Shown here: one piece after another, positions 9,377 through 17,628 of the stretch
How positions within the stretch are numbered: the first letter of the stretch is position 1
Layout of the letters: every line of letters starts with the position of its first letter
Position numbers and translations under genes: made by a program
Source: an uncultured Chloroflexia bacterium
GTDB taxonomy: Bacteria; Chloroflexota; Limnocylindria; Limnocylindrales; CSP1-4
Assembly (NCBI GenBank): GCA_963712745.1
Contig: CAVQJC010000020.1
Location: 128,001 to 192,000, forward strand
Direction of reading: 5' to 3'
Length of the DNA stretch: 64,000 bases
Notes under the pieces: model-generated
The model's input: only the letters and a program-made list of their open reading frames with translations
Database searches by the model: none
What the model was told of the DNA's origin: nothing

Positions 9377-10600
9377 TCAGGGCCGGCGGCCAGCTTCGGC
9401 CAGCCGGATGGCATGGCGCAGCGGGACATCGTCGCTGTCCTCGAACTCGACCGCCGTCAGACCGACCAGATCGCCCGGCCCGAGCCGCGCCGCGCCCAGG
9501 GGCAGCGCGACCTCCTCGTCGGGGGCGAGACCGACCCGGAAGATCTCCTCGCCATCGGGCGTCAGCCACTCGCGCACGCCCAGGCGCAGCGCTGAGCCGT
9601 CACTGAGGCGCAGCGTGTTGAGGATGGTGCCGGTACCGAAGGTCTGTTGACCTACCACCAGCGCGCGTTCGTTATCGCGGAGCGCTGCCGCCAGGATCTC
9701 GCCACTGCTGGCCGTGCCATAGTCCACGAGCACGATCACCGGCAGGTCGGCTGTGATCGCCTGGCCGGGGTCGACGCGGATCTCGACTGCTTCCTCGTCA
9801 CGGCCCCGCTCGAGATAGGCCACGCCCTCGTCGAGAAAGGCGCTGGCTGCGTCGAGCGCCTCGGTCACCAGGCCCCCTGGATTGCCGCGCAGATCGAGCA
9901 CCATCCCGGTCGCTCCCAGGTCCAGGGCATCCTGGACCGCCTCGCGGACCTGGCGCCCAGCGCCGCCCGAGAACTGCACCACCCGGATGACCGCGGCGTC
10001 CGAGCCCGGCGCCATAGCCCACGCCACCGGATCCACCTCGACGTCCTGGCGGCGGATGCTGATGGTGTCCCGGGCCCCCGACCCGGGGCGCTCGACGCCC
10101 AGGCGAACCACCGAGCCGGGCGCCCCGCGTACGCGGTCGGCCAGTTCCCCCAGGGGCAAGCGAGCCGTCTCCTGGTCGTCGACCGCGGCGATGACGTCGC
10201 CGGCCCGCAATCCCGCCAGGTCGGCCGGCGAGCCGTCGATGACGGCCACGATCAACGGCGCGGCCGAGCGCTGGTCGAGCACAACACCGATGCCGGCGAT
10301 CCGGCCATCCAGGACGTCCAGCTCGATCTCGTATTCCTCCGCGGTGAGGTAGCGAGTGTGGCCGTCGTCGCCAAGTGCATCGATCATGCCGCGGATGGCC
10401 CCTACGCTGAGCTTCTCGGTCGTCAGCACGTCGTCGTCGACGTACCGCTCCTGCAGCACCTCGATGACCTCGGCGATGAGCTCCTCGTCGAGCACGGTTG
10501 CCGCAGGCTCCTCGGCCGCGACGGCCCAGGCCGGTGCCAAGCCGAGTCCGAGTGCCAGCGCGAGGCCGCTGAGGGCGACTGATGAGGGCGGTCCGATCAT
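9377..10600 (-). CDS. S41 family C-terminal processing peptidase with PDZ domain
   Basis: GIG PDZ entry, LDLRGNPGG, TASSGE; the usual FGKG motif reads FGTG. Confidence 0.88.
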   Translation of the reverse strand: MIGPPSSVALSGLALALGLGLAPAWAVAAEEPAATVLDEELIAEVIEVLQERYVDDDVLTTEKLSVGAIRGMIDALGDDGHTRYLTAEEYEIELDVLDGRIAGIGVVLDQRSAAPLIVAVIDGSPADLAGLRAGDVIAAVDDQETARLPLGELADRVRGAPGSVVRLGVERPGSGARDTISIRRQDVEVDPVAWAMAPGSDAAVIRVVQFSGGAGRQVREAVQDALDLGATGMVLDLRGNPGGLVTEALDAASAFLDEGVAYLERGRDEEAVEIRVDPGQAITADLPVIVLVDYGTASSGEILAAALRDNERALVVGQQTFGTGTILNTLRLSDGSALRLGVREWLTPDGEEIFRVGLAPDEEVALPLGAARLGPGDLVGLTAVEFEDSDDVPLRHAIRLAEAGRRP

Positions 10601-10740
10601 GGCCGCATCATCGGCCAGATGGCGCGAGTGTGCAGCAGGCCCCGCATGCTGGACCACCTCGTTGACCGATCGTGGACAGGCATTGTGGATCGATCGTGGA
10701 CGGAGCTGCACCGGATCCTCGAATCTCGTGGAGAACCCTA

Positions 10741-10769
10741 TTGCCCCACCACGGCCGCTTGCCTATCGT
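10741..10769 (+). promoter_or_regulatory. Sigma70-like promoter
   Basis: TTGCCC-N17-TATCGT. Confidence 0.55.
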
Positions 10770-10890
10770 AGGTATCAGCCCGGAGGGGTCATCGAAACGG
10801 AGCCGGAGAGGCTGGTCCGCCAGTCACTCAGGCATCGGGACGGAGATCTCGCCGGGCTCTTTCGTGGCCGCGGAATCCTGCAGGCTAGGT

Positions 10891-10925
10891 GTGACACGGT
10901 AGCTGGCACGGCCGTCGCGCAACGT
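10891..10925 (+). promoter_or_regulatory. Shared operator/promoter element, copy 1
   Basis: GTGACA-N7-TGGCAC-N10-CAACGT; 20/21 identity with 14792-14812. Confidence 0.5.
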
Positions 10926-10977
10926 GTGTCCCAGGCCGGTGCTTGCCGGCCGTCGAAAGAGCCCGGAGGACACACAG

Positions 10978-11130
10978 ATGGTCACGCTCACCTGCCCCTG
11001 GTGCGACGAGACATCCCTCCTCGCCTTCACGGAGCTGACAGAGTGCGAGGCGTCCTTCACCTGCGCCGAGTGCGGGACCTCGGTCGCCTTCGTAGACGAG
11101 CCGGAGATCGACCTCGAGCTGGCCGCCTGA
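10978..11130 (+). CDS. Small acidic Zn-ribbon protein (50 aa)
   Basis: CPWC ... CAEC; strong GGAGGA RBS. Confidence 0.7.
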   Translation: MVTLTCPWCDETSLLAFTELTECEASFTCAECGTSVAFVDEPEIDLELAA

Positions 11131-12240
11131 TCAGACCAGTCGCGGCGAGCGAGCCTGGATCTCTGCCTTGATGCGCTCGTAGCCGGGCTTGATGACGCCG
11201 TTGATGAGACGGAGTCGTTCATCGAAGGCTAGGAACGACGACTTCATGGCGTTGGTCGTGAGCCACTGCATCTCGTCGAGGCCGATGTCGAAGGCATCCA
11301 TCAGCACCATGAACTCATCAGTCAGGGTGACGCCGCTCATCAGCCGGTTGTCGGTGTTGACCGTCACGCGGTAGCGCAGGCGTCGCAGCAGATCGATGGG
11401 ATGCTGCTCGATCGACGGCACCGCCCCGGTGTGCACGTTGGAGGTAGGACACATCTCCAGGGGCACGCGGTTGTCGCGCACGAACTGCGCTAGGCGGCCC
11501 ATCCGGACATCGCCCTCCGCTCCCACGCTGATGTCATCTACGATCCGAACGCCGTGGCCAAGTCGTTCCGCCCCGCACCACTGCAGCGCCTCCCAGATCG
11601 AGGGCAGGCCAAAGGCCTCGCCAGCGTGGATCGTGATGTGGAAGTTCTCCCGATGGATGAGCTGGAAGGCGTCGAGATGGCGGCTCGGCGGGAAGCCATC
11701 CTCAGGCCCAGCGATGTCGAACCCGACCGTGCCCCGATCGCGGTAACGAACGGACAGCTCGGCGATCTCGACCGAGCGGGCGAACTGCCGCATGGCCGTG
11801 ACGATGGCGCGGATGACGATGGGATGCCCAGCCCCTGCGGCTGCCTGCGCCCCCTGCTCGAAGCCATCGAGCCAGGCCTCCATGACCTCGTCGAGCGAGA
11901 GGCCCCCCTGTGTCGAAAGCTCCGGCGCGTAGCGGACCTCCGCATAGACGATGCCGTCCGCGGCCAGATCCTGGGCGCACTCCGAGGCCACGCGGGCGAT
12001 GGCGGCGGGCGTCTGCATCACGCCGACGGTGTGCGTGAAGCCTTGGAGATACAGCTCCAGCGAACCGCGGTCGGCGCCCGAACGGAACCAGCTGCCGAGC
12101 TCATCGGGGTCCTCGGTGGGCAGGCCGGCATAGCCGCCATCCCGGGCCAGATCGATGACCGTGGTGGGCCGCAGCCCGCCGTCGAGGTGATCATGAAGCA
12201 GCACCTTGGGCGCGCTGCGGACAGTCTCCCTAGCGAACAT
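11131..12240 (-). CDS. add: Adenosine deaminase
   Basis: LHDHLDG, HAGE, RLGHG, CPTSN, NTDN. Confidence 0.93.
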   Translation of the reverse strand: MFARETVRSAPKVLLHDHLDGGLRPTTVIDLARDGGYAGLPTEDPDELGSWFRSGADRGSLELYLQGFTHTVGVMQTPAAIARVASECAQDLAADGIVYAEVRYAPELSTQGGLSLDEVMEAWLDGFEQGAQAAAGAGHPIVIRAIVTAMRQFARSVEIAELSVRYRDRGTVGFDIAGPEDGFPPSRHLDAFQLIHRENFHITIHAGEAFGLPSIWEALQWCGAERLGHGVRIVDDISVGAEGDVRMGRLAQFVRDNRVPLEMCPTSNVHTGAVPSIEQHPIDLLRRLRYRVTVNTDNRLMSGVTLTDEFMVLMDAFDIGLDEMQWLTTNAMKSSFLAFDERLRLINGVIKPGYERIKAEIQARSPRLV

Positions 12241-12292
12241 GCCTGCGATGGTACCGCCGATGACGTCCGCTCCGTTCGGTGATACTTCCGGG

Positions 12293-13096
12293 GTGAGCGA
12301 TGCCGGCCTGATGCGCGTGACCTTCCTCGGCCACGCCACGATCCTGATCGAGATGGACGGGGTGCGTGTGCTGACCGACCCGCTGCTGCGGCAGCGCGTG
12401 GGGCCGCTCACGCGCAGATCCGGGCCGCCCGCACGCGAGCTGTGGTCGGACATCGACGCGGTGCTCATCTCCCACTCCCACTGGGACCACCTCGACTACG
12501 GCTCGCTCAAGCTGCTCGGCCTCGACGTCACCATCCTGGCCCGCACCGGCATGGCCGGGGAGCTGCGGCGGCGGGGCTTCACGCAGATCATCGAGCTCGG
12601 AGTCGGCGACGAGCATGCCGTCGGGGCCGTGCGCGTCGAGGCCGTCCATGCCGAACACAAGGGTTTCGGGCCACCGGTCGGCGGCACCGAGCTCTGCCTC
12701 GGTTTCATCGTGCACGGCAGCCAACACGTCTATTTCGCCGGTGACACTGCCTTCTTCGACGGCATGGCCGACTTCGACACCGGACTCGACGTGGCCCTGC
12801 TGCCGGTGTGGGGCTGGGGACCGACGGCCAAGCCCAGCGAGCACCTCGACCCCATGGGTGCGGCCCGGGCGGCGGCCGTCATCAAGCCGCGCATCGCGGT
12901 GCCCATCCACTGGGGCACGTTGCATCCCCTGGGTCTGAGCTGGATGCGGCCATCGACCCGTATCGACCCACCACACCAGTTCGCTCAGCTGGTGCGTCGG
13001 TTGTCGCCCGACACCATCGTGCGGGTCCTGCCCAACGGAGGTTCGCTGGAGGTGCCGCCCGCCTCACATCGCTCGGTCGGGCGGAGTACCAGCTAA
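12293..13096 (+). CDS. MBL-fold metallo-hydrolase
   Basis: LTDP, HSHWDH, FAGDT, PIHWGT; start 12293 or 12311. Confidence 0.88.
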   Translation: MSDAGLMRVTFLGHATILIEMDGVRVLTDPLLRQRVGPLTRRSGPPARELWSDIDAVLISHSHWDHLDYGSLKLLGLDVTILARTGMAGELRRRGFTQIIELGVGDEHAVGAVRVEAVHAEHKGFGPPVGGTELCLGFIVHGSQHVYFAGDTAFFDGMADFDTGLDVALLPVWGWGPTAKPSEHLDPMGAARAAAVIKPRIAVPIHWGTLHPLGLSWMRPSTRIDPPHQFAQLVRRLSPDTIVRVLPNGGSLEVPPASHRSVGRSTS

Positions 13097-13099
13097 TGG

Positions 13100-14220
13100 G
13101 TCCCGACCAGGACTGAGTGATCAGACTGGTCACCGAGCCGGGCCACCGGGTGAGCACTGAGTACAGCCGGACCCTCCGAGTCCCAGGGCTAGAGCGTGCC
13201 CCCGGTGGTCGGCGAGGACGGTCGAGATGGCTGCTGGGGTGGCGTGCCGATCGAGCACTGGTCCATCAGCTCGCCGCGACCCTCCTCCTGCGGCTCCGCA
13301 CGAGCGAAGGGAGGACGGGACGATGATCTTCGTCGGCATCGACTGGGCCGAGGCGCACCACGACGTGTGCGTGCTCGACGACCGCGGGGAGGTGCTGGCC
13401 ACGCGGCGGGTCTCCGAAGGCCTCGAGGGCGTGGCCCGGATGCACGCCCTCTTCGGCGAGCATGCCGACGAGCCCGAGGCGGTGATCGTCGGCATCGAGA
13501 CCGACCGGGGCCTGCTCGTCACCGCCCTGCTCGCGGCCGGCTATACGGTCCACGCGGTCAACCCCCTCGCCGCTTCCCGCTACCGGGAGCGCCACACGGC
13601 GAGTCGGGCCAAGCCCGACCGCGGCGATGCTCATGTCCTCGCCGATCTCGTGCGCACGGACCGTCACCACCATCGGGTCGTCGCTCCCGACAGCGAGCTG
13701 CACGGCGCCATCAAGGTCCTCGCCCGCAGCCATCAGAACCTCGTCTGGACCCGGCAGCGCCAGACCAGCGCGCTGCGCAGCGCCTTGCGCGAGTACTACC
13801 CCGGAGCCCTCGCCGCCTTCGAGGAGCTCGCCCATCCTGATGCGCTCGCGGTGCTGAGGGTGGCGCCCGACCCCGAACGAGGACGACGGCTCAGCGAAGC
13901 CCGCATCGTCTCGCTCCTGCGGCGGGCTGGCCGGCAGCGCAACCTCGAGCGACGGGCTCGCGAGATCCGTTCGGCGCTGCAGGTCCCGCAGCTGGCGGCG
14001 CCAGCGCTGGTGGTTGAGGCCCAGGCGGCCAACGCGGTCGCGCTCGTGGCGGTCATCGCCACGCTGAACGAGCAGATAACCCGGCTCGAGGCCGAGCTCG
14101 TCGACGCCTTCGGTCGACACCCGGACGCCGAGATCCTACGAGGTCTGCCCGGACTGGGCGACTTCCTCGGCGCCCGGGTGCTCGCGGAGTTCGGGGATGC
14201 CCCCGACCGCTATGCCGATG
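13100..14220 (+). mobile_element. IS110-family insertion sequence remnant (3'-truncated); ends approximate
   Basis: About 200-nt structured leader plus a DEDD transposase that breaks off near 14220. Confidence 0.8.
13323..14220 (+). pseudogene. IS110 transposase lacking its C-terminal part
   Basis: VGIDW, GIET, KPDRGDA (RuvC-like DEDD), LPGLG; family-like sequence stops at DRYAD, before the expected ...SG motif. Confidence 0.82.
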
Positions 14221-14770
14221 CTAGCCCGCCGTCGCTTCGCTGCCCCTCGAGCTCGCGCACGAAGGCCGCGACATGGTCGAGCGCGTCGTTGAGCACCGGC
14301 TTGAGGCTATGGCCGACCTTGGGGTAGGTCACCAGCCGCGCCGAAGGCAGTCGCTCCTCCAGGGCGCGTCGGAGCAGGTCCAACCTGGCGAACGGGTCGG
14401 ACTCTCCTGAGAACAGCAGGACCGGCAGCCCCTCCAGGCGGCCCCAATGTGCGCTCCGAACCTCCCAGTCCGGCTGTCCGGGTCGATGCAGGGGGTAGCT
14501 GAAGCAGACCAGGCCCGCGCAGATACCTTCGGACTCGGCGGCCAGCAGGCTGGCCACGCGTCCGCCGTATGACTGGCCACCGATGACCAGCCGCGATGGT
14601 GACTCCGTCTGGGCCTCGACCTGGGCGCGATAGGCCGGCACCGCTCGCTCGGCCTTGCGCAGAGGCAGGTCGATGGCGCTCGCCGGCACGCCTCTGGCCT
14701 CGAGTCCGTCGACGTGCGCCTGCATCGAGGCGGCCTTGCCGGAGGCGCCGTGGGCGATGAGGATGCGCAT
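14210..14770 (-). CDS. Small alpha/beta-hydrolase
   Basis: AHGA, GQSYGG, YPLH, GESDPF, GHSL. Confidence 0.85.
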   Translation of the reverse strand: MRILIAHGASGKAASMQAHVDGLEARGVPASAIDLPLRKAERAVPAYRAQVEAQTESPSRLVIGGQSYGGRVASLLAAESEGICAGLVCFSYPLHRPGQPDWEVRSAHWGRLEGLPVLLFSGESDPFARLDLLRRALEERLPSARLVTYPKVGHSLKPVLNDALDHVAAFVRELEGQRSDGGLASA

Positions 14771-14791
14771 GGCTGGAGGGTAGCCCACCGC

Positions 14792-14826
14792 GTGACACGC
14801 TAGCTGGCACGGGCCTGGGCCATGGT
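14792..14826 (+). promoter_or_regulatory. Shared operator/promoter element, copy 2
   Basis: GTGACA-N7-TGGCAC-N10-CATGGT, then ATG 6 nt later. Confidence 0.5.
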
Positions 14827-14832
14827 GGAGCC

Positions 14833-16116
14833 ATGGAAACCGCCACCATCGTCGCGCTGCCGGACCACGCGAGCGAACCGGGGCACGTACGCCTCGACGG
14901 AAACCGGGTGGTCATCGAGGACCTCGCAGTCATCGACCCCGGTCTCGCCGCCTTCCTCGCCGTGCGGCCGCCCGCAGACCGCCCGGCCTTGGTGTCGCGT
15001 GCTCTGCGTATCGGCCTGCTGGCACTGCAGGATGCTGGCGCGTCACTAGATGTCGATGCGGTCCGACGCGAGTTCGAGGCGATGCTGCGGCAGACCGAGT
15101 CACTCAACGAGCGCGTGACTGCGCAGGTCGACGAGGTCATGCGCCAGAACTTCGCCGATGGCGACGGTCGTCTGCCCCGCACCCTGGAGACGTTCCTCGG
15201 CGACCGGGGCCAGTTGCGGACGTTCACTCGCGAGCTCTTCGACGAGGAGCGCCGCGACTCGGCTATCGGGCGGATGCGCGTCCTACTCGGCAGCTATTTC
15301 GAGGGCGACGCGTCCCGCCTGGCCCAGCTGCTCGACCCCACGCGCATGGGCTCCCCGCTTCACCAGTTCCGCAGCGAAGTGAGCAAGGGTTTCGAGGCAC
15401 TGAACGACCGCCTCACGGCCATCGAGGCGGCGTCGGCCGCGCGCGCCGGTGAACGAGCCCGCTCCGCGGCCAAGGGGGCCGACTTCGAGGACCTCCTTGA
15501 AGCCATGCTGGCCGAGGCCATGCGCGGCACCGACCACCTCGTCGAGCGGACGACGGACGCGGCCGGCAACGTCCTCCGCTCCAAGAAAGGCGACTTCGTG
15601 GTCACCATCGACCCGACCACGACACGTGGGGCCAGCGTGCGCGTGGTGGTCGAGTGCAAGGACCGCGCCATCTCGGGGCGAGCCATGCGGGACGAGCTGG
15701 GAGAGGCCAAGCGCAACCGCGACGCCGCGGTCGGCCTGGTCGTCTTCAGTGCGGCACACGCACCGGCCGGGATCGCTCCATTCGACGTGCGCCTGGGTGA
15801 CGTCTACTGCGCCATCGACCCGGAGGACCCCGAGCCGGCTGATCTCCACGCTGCGCTGCGCCTCGCACGCCTGTTGGCCCTGGCCTCGACCCGGGACGCA
15901 GACATCGAGGTGGACTCAGGGGCCGTCCAGGCAGCGCTCGAGCGCGTCCGGGCGGAGCTCGACGCGGTGCGCGGACTCAAGACCAAGCTGACGACCATCG
16001 GCACCGCGGCCAAAGCGGTAAGCGCCGGGCTGGATCAGCTGCGCGACGGCATACTCGCGCGCATCGGAGAGGCTGAAGCCGAACTGCGGGTGGGAGACGG
16101 ACCACCAGCGGCGTGA
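14833..16116 (+). CDS. Coiled-coil protein with a PD-(D/E)XK nuclease-like core (RmuC/DUF2130-like architecture)
   Basis: KGADFE ... KGDFVV ... VVECKD flanked by helical regions. Confidence 0.6.
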   Translation: METATIVALPDHASEPGHVRLDGNRVVIEDLAVIDPGLAAFLAVRPPADRPALVSRALRIGLLALQDAGASLDVDAVRREFEAMLRQTESLNERVTAQVDEVMRQNFADGDGRLPRTLETFLGDRGQLRTFTRELFDEERRDSAIGRMRVLLGSYFEGDASRLAQLLDPTRMGSPLHQFRSEVSKGFEALNDRLTAIEAASAARAGERARSAAKGADFEDLLEAMLAEAMRGTDHLVERTTDAAGNVLRSKKGDFVVTIDPTTTRGASVRVVVECKDRAISGRAMRDELGEAKRNRDAAVGLVVFSAAHAPAGIAPFDVRLGDVYCAIDPEDPEPADLHAALRLARLLALASTRDADIEVDSGAVQAALERVRAELDAVRGLKTKLTTIGTAAKAVSAGLDQLRDGILARIGEAEAELRVGDGPPAA

Positions 16117-16126
16117 CGTCAGGCCC

Positions 16127-17018
16127 TCAGCCGCCGACCGGCCGCCAGGGTGTCACCGAAGTGATGGCCGCCCGCAGCTCGTCGCTGCCGATGACCCCGG
16201 TGAACTTGGCGTGCACCCTGCCTTCGCGGTCGATGACGAATACCCACGGCGGCTCGGCGATGCCCCAGGCCTCGGCGTAGTCGGTGAGCACGGCCGGACC
16301 TTCCGGCGGGTCCAGCTCGAGCATGTCGCCATCGGTTCCCATGGCCATGTGCCATGGCTCAGCGTGGATGATGGTCAGCCCGGGGTAGTCGATGAAGACC
16401 TCGTGGAGGATGCCCAGAGCGCCGCCGCAGGCCGCGTTGGGCCTGAAAGCGTAGGAGTCCATGACGAAGACCGTCGGCTGGCGCTGGCTGATGGCGTCAT
16501 CGAGGGACCAGGTGTAGAACGCGGTCAGCGGCTCGGGATCGGAGCTGATGTGGTGCATCAGGCTGTGGGCGTCACGCATGGTGGGCGTGTCCCCGCCGGG
16601 TGCCTGGGACCCGAGAGGCGGCGTGCCCATGTCGGGCGAGACATCAAGTGACGCACGGCCCTCGTGCCCGACAGCAGCGACATCGGCCTGAACGTCGACG
16701 GCCCACCGGCCCGTCACGCCCAGCGGTACCCGCGCCCGATAGAGGCGCCGGCCGTAGGTCGCGAAACGTTCGATGGCCGGCGTGGCATGCACTCGTGAAC
16801 CGTCCGGGCCGGTCAGCACCAGGTCCAACGTCACCCCGTCGTCAGCCAGGGACTCACCTGTGGATGTGTCGTACACGCTGAGCAGGACGTCGTTGGTGCC
16901 GACCCAGTGCTGTGTCGAATTCGAGCACCACATCCAGGCGCCCATCGGGTTCCTCGACAGCGGCCACGGACGCGCTCACGAGCAGGAGAAGCAGGACCAC
17001 GGTCAGAGATGCACGCAC
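16127..17018 (-). CDS. Secreted thioredoxin-fold protein; apparent frameshift near 16922
   Basis: Signal peptide MRASLTVVLLLLL in one frame joins the PWVFVIDREG domain after removing one base. Confidence 0.6.
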
Positions 17019-17075
17019 ACCGGACACGCTAACTCGTCATCGGTGACATCGCTGCTGGCGAGTACCGTCTCGAGT

Positions 17076-17570
17076 CTATGGATCGTCGCCAGGCCGCGCG
17101 GACGGCCGTACGACGAGGACCGGGCACTCCGCGTGCCGGACCACATGATCGGAGACCGATCCGAGCAGCATGCGCTCTGCGCCGCTGCGGCCGCGCGTGC
17201 CCACGACGACGAGGTCGGCGTCCTCGGCTTCGGCGGCCGCCGCGATGGAGTCCCCCGGATCCCCCTCCCACACCAGGAACTCCGCGGTCACACCGGCATC
17301 GCGCGCGCCACGCACGGTCTTGACCAACAGCGTCTCCCGCTCCGCACGTGCTTGGTCCACGCGCTCATGGGAACCGCCACCCGAGAGCCGGCGCTTCTCG
17401 AGGACGTTCACGATGAGCAGGCGCGCCTCGAGGCGGCTGGCCAGGTCGATGGCACGTTCGGTCGCCTCACGCGAGGCCGTGGTGAGGTCGGTGGCCAGCA
17501 GGATCGTTCGAATGGGACGCACGTTCACCCCAGCGTCGGGGGCAGAGTACGGCTCGGCGTAGGGACTCAT
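17076..17570 (-). CDS. Universal stress protein
   Basis: ILLATD ... DLVVVGTRGRSG..MLLGSVS..VVRHAECPVLVV. Confidence 0.93.
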   Translation of the reverse strand: MSPYAEPYSAPDAGVNVRPIRTILLATDLTTASREATERAIDLASRLEARLLIVNVLEKRRLSGGGSHERVDQARAERETLLVKTVRGARDAGVTAEFLVWEGDPGDSIAAAAEAEDADLVVVGTRGRSGAERMLLGSVSDHVVRHAECPVLVVRPSARPGDDP

Positions 17571-17628
17571 GGACCCTTTCTGCGGTCACACAGGCCTGCA
17601 AGGCCCGAGCCGCCTGCCTCATAGACGC

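Noticed and set aside
10777-10864. Glycine or SAM-I riboswitch, or tRNA
   Set aside because: Only fragments resemble them (CTCAGGCA, GGAGAGGCTGG); core motifs such as GCCGAAG, GCAACC and a T-loop are missing.
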